A DNA stretch of 64,000 bases from Isurus oxyrinchus (Eukaryota), in the NCBI GenBank assembly GCA_026770705.1, contig JANJGN010000024.1:31310001-31374000 (forward strand). The letters run 5' to 3'. The notes beneath the pieces were generated by a model. That model saw only the letters and a list, made by a program, of their open reading frames with translations. It had not been told where the DNA came from and searched no databases. Of the stretch, positions 60,000-64,000 are shown in pieces. Both the position numbers and the translations under genes were made by a program. Position 1 is the stretch's first letter. Each line of letters begins with the position of its first letter.

Positions 60000-62309
60000 T
60001 ATGACACAATCCTCAAGGGAATGGTGGAAGAGATCAGCGATTGGGCTTGGATAAGACTGGAGGAAGGCATGTTCTACATATCATGAGATTAAAAAACAAA
60101 ATGGACTTGCACCCACATAGATTGTATTCGTCCTAAGAGGCAATGGTATAATGAGAGCTGCTCTGTTCACTCCTCTATACATCTGTTGGCAATGAATTAT
60201 GAACTAAATGAGGGATTAAAATTTAATAATGTTTCACTGTATCTGATTTATTCAAACTCACTGGCGAACAACCAAATAGGAATCAGTGTAAATTTAAATG
60301 CAATTGAAGAAGCAATGTATCTCCTTTAAATATATATGTAAATGAAGGTTGTTTGTTCAGTATCCTGTAAACACATTGCAAGAGGTCCATCTTAACAGGC
60401 ATTCTCACTAAACTCATTAGGTTATTATTGGAACACTCTGCAGTATTGGTGTTTAATTACACTGTAATTTGCATAATTGTGCGCATGCATTCTCAGATGA
60501 ATAGTTAGATTGCAATATTTTTAACTTCAAGGTGTGAGCTGTCAAAATTCCCATTTAATAAGCCATATGTTCTTTAGTATATAAATAACAAACATCCTCT
60601 TAACATAAAGGAGTACAGCCACATTTAAGAGAAGATGTTGCTTGTAAGTTAAAAGAAAGAATTTGAACAAAGCAGTGAGATGATCCACATATGCTTTCCT
60701 GGTCTGCATCCAAGCCACAGAGTCTGAGACTATTTGGCTCGTTCTTGGCTAATTTCATTGGTCTTTGGTGGAACATCCAGTAGCCTCAATGGATATGGTT
60801 GAAGAGGAAAATGTATGTCAGGCTTCCAGTACCTTACTGGCTGCCAATGATCCTGCTGGTGATGGTAGTTATATGAAACATCAAGGGCAGTGTATGGTTT
60901 GACTGGTCTGTGATCTCTCTGACCACCCCCTTCCTCTGCAGCCAGATTGCTCAACTTTGAATGTTGGACACTTGAATCAGATACTGAAGGAACCATACTC
61001 CGAGCAGAGTGAGCACTCTCAGGACAGTAGATGGAGCTTCTAAAGGGAGTAGTACAGGTCAACTCAGAGAGTCAGCAAGCACAGAGTCTCAGCCGGCCAT
61101 AACTGTCAGGCCTCAGTTAAATGAAAGTTCCCAGAGTTTCGCCCAGAACCTGACCAGGATTGACATTTGGTTGAAAGGTGGGATTGGAAATTTGACAGTA
61201 GGAGGTCATAGCCAGGGACACTTGGGACTGAGAGCAGGCAGCTATCGGGAAGGTGGGGCTGAGGGGAGAGGTGGGTATTCCAGCAAGTTTCAGGTGACGG
61301 GGACTTATTTTAGGCCCTGGTGGAAACACTCCTGGCCAAAAAATGGTTATACAGCAAGAATTTTTAAAGATGTACCATGGCCTTAATAATTACAAGGCAT
61401 GGCCCCATCATCGCTGCTGAGCTGACAGACTGGAATTCCATAGTAACATTAATTGCGCAGACAATGCAACTGAAAAGAAAATGGTGTGTTGCAACAAGTC
61501 TTTTTGCATATCAAAAGGTTGTAAGCCAAAAAAATTATTCATAGTTCATGTTTTGGTTTCATAGTAGATGTGTTGGTTGCTGTGGGCCCAATTAAGCTTA
61601 AATCTGATATCCAGATTGTTGCAGGATTCCTTTGAAGAGATGAATGTTCAGCAGATCACGAAGCAAGGCCCTTGTTGGTTTTTGTATCAGGAGGTCAATT
61701 TTTTTTACAGATGGGCTTGGAATTTTGTAATCAGGCTGGGAGGCTCTTTCAAAATGTATAGCCTTGAGGTTCTTAAAGGCAAAAATGACATAACCTTTTT
61801 CTGCAGTTGCTATCTCTTTAGGTATTTTCTGCAGACTGCCTATTTGAATAAAAAAGAGGCAGCCCAAAAATATGGCTGCCTCACCAACTGGCTGCTTATA
61901 GCTCCCTTCTAAACATCTTTACGTTGATCTTAGGCTACAGTTTCGATCCATCGCCACTGGGGCTTGAGGCCGTTATTGTTTTTGTTTCTGTAAATACCCA
62001 TTCAAGCCAGGAATGCAGTTCTGGGTGGTTTCAGGGAATAGGTGTTAACACCTCTTAGCCTGAAATGAGTTCCATTGTCTTTCTGGGACGGTATGATTTT
62101 CATAAGTTGTGCTGTCTGGACATGCCAAGCAAAGGTGGGATACCCCAACCCAGGGTGCCACCCAAAAACTGGAGGCATTCTGTTGAAGCTGCAGAGGTTA
62201 CCTGACCTTTGGTGGCCATCTTAAGAATCCATTTTAAAGAAGAGACAGTTCCACAATCTTCTATACAAACAGAGTCCATAATTAAAGTTACGAATATGAC
62301 ATGCCTTTA

Positions 62310-62942
62310 CTAGATATAACAATATAAAAAGAAAAAGAGTAGCTAAAGTAAGCATTGGTCCCATAGTGGGTGAGACTGAGGAATTAACAATGGGAAACAA
62401 AGAAATGGCAGAGACTTTGAACAAGCATTTTTTTATCTGTTTACAGTTGAAGACACAAAAATCATCTGAAGAATAGTAGAAGAGAGGGAGGAAATTAAAC
62501 AATCACAATCGCTAGAGAAGCAGTATCAAAAAAACTAATGGCACTCAAGGCTGACAAGTCCTCTGGGCCTGATAGTCTTAACCCTAGGGTCTTAAAAAAA
62601 TGGTGGCTGCACAGATAATGGATGTGTTCGTTGTAATCTTCCAAAATTCCCTAGACCTGGAAAGGTCTAGCGGATTGGAAAACTGAAAAAGTAACACCTT
62701 TATTCAAGAAAGGGGGGAGATAGAAAGCAGGAAACCATAGGGTAGTTAGCCTAATATCTGTCCTTGGGACCGTGGCTGAACCCATTATTAAGGAGGTAGT
62801 AGGAGGACGTTTAGAGAAGCATAATACAATGGGGTAGAGTCAACATAGTTTTGTGAAAGGGAAATTGTATTTGATAAATCTATTAGAATTATTTGAGGGT
62901 GTAATAAGCAAGGTGGATAAAGGGAGTCCAGTAGATGTAGTC
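62310..62942 (+). mobile_element. CR1 LINE ORF2 internal fragment
   Basis: GNKEMAETLNK, KADKSSGPD, VTPLFKKG, and GSPVDV near the end. Confidence 0.85.
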
Positions 62943-64000
62943 AGGGCCAGGGAGTGAAATCATGGGCCCTGAAGCTTCTCCAGTTTCCAGGTCCCTTATT
63001 CCTCACCCTCTGCTCCACCACTTTAACCCTCCCCTTTAATCATGCATGATACTTTTTTTCCCATTTTAAGATTTGCTAATCAATTCACCAACAATCACAG
63101 AAAAGTCCTAGTAAAATGATAACGCACTGGTTACAAATATCATCCAATATATATGCAGCATGAGTCATTAATATTAAGAGTAGCAATGATATAATGCAGT
63201 GTTAGTTTGTGTGTGTCCTATAGGTGATCCCATCACAACTATTAAACAAACCAGAAAGTACAAACACTACTTTAACAACATTGTGCAATACTATTAATTT
63301 GAAAGGAAAATATTCCATTCATTATTTCTAACACTGTTTGGATAATAACACTGATTTCAGTGACAGCCTTAGCCCTCATTATATGTTCTGCACATTGTAC
63401 CATATGGACATAGTGACAACAAATTCATGTTTGGGAGAAGGATTCAATACTTGCAATCCAGATAAACTGTACAAGATTGTTTCCATTCAGTAGAAGTAGA
63501 AGCCTTTCTTCTGGCTGGGGCTGTATGATATTATTCAATATAATTGTTTCATATAAGGGGTGTAATTGGGTTCTATTTTATCAGTCTCAAAGGGTAGAAA
63601 AATCAATTGATTCCTGGAATGATCAAACATCAGTGAGAAGTGTTGGAGCCCTCAGATGTCCCTGTGCAATACAACTTTTAAGAAGCCAGAAAATAAAGAC
63701 TGAATAATTCACAATTGCATCTGTGTTTTTAAAGCAAGAACGTTCTCCTGACAGTTGTGAATCTGTTGTTGACCTGTGGGCAGCTTCAGTTTTTTGGTGG
63801 GCTCTTCCAAAAGAAATCAGGCCTGTGAAGCTACCCGAAGGTCGGAAGCAGCAGTGCAGCAACTAGTGAAATTGACACTGACACTGACTCTCTGATTCCA
63901 ATATTTTTAAGCTGTTCTGTCGGGTCTCGCTGTTTAGTCTGGATGATGAGAAGCTCTATTTAAAACACGGAACCCAACACCCAACACCCCCCCCCCCCCC

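Overview
Repeat-dense vertebrate non-coding DNA (intergenic or deep intronic). It is most likely from a cartilaginous fish (shark), inferred from the repeat content: HER1-like CR1 LINEs, Deu-domain SINEs, Penelope-like elements, Harbinger transposons and Gypsy elements. I could not identify any intact host protein-coding gene, and nearly all ORFs in the track are decayed transposon fragments or low-complexity artefacts. Four observations stand out. (i) Six relics of minimal hammerhead ribozymes lie in Penelope-like pseudo-LTRs; two share a non-canonical CUGUUGA core and two are split within the core by unrelated transposons. (ii) An LTR element at 14073-18326 appears to have its pol region replaced by a long coiled-coil reading frame between a Gypsy gag-like N-terminus and a Gypsy-type C-terminal tail. 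(iii) Two copies of an RT-less gag(-protease) LTR family have LTRs, PBS, PPT and TSDs. (iv) There are several local templated duplications and a multi-layer transposon nest. All family assignments come from motif recognition by eye, not database searches, and boundaries are approximate unless TSDs or TIRs are quoted.
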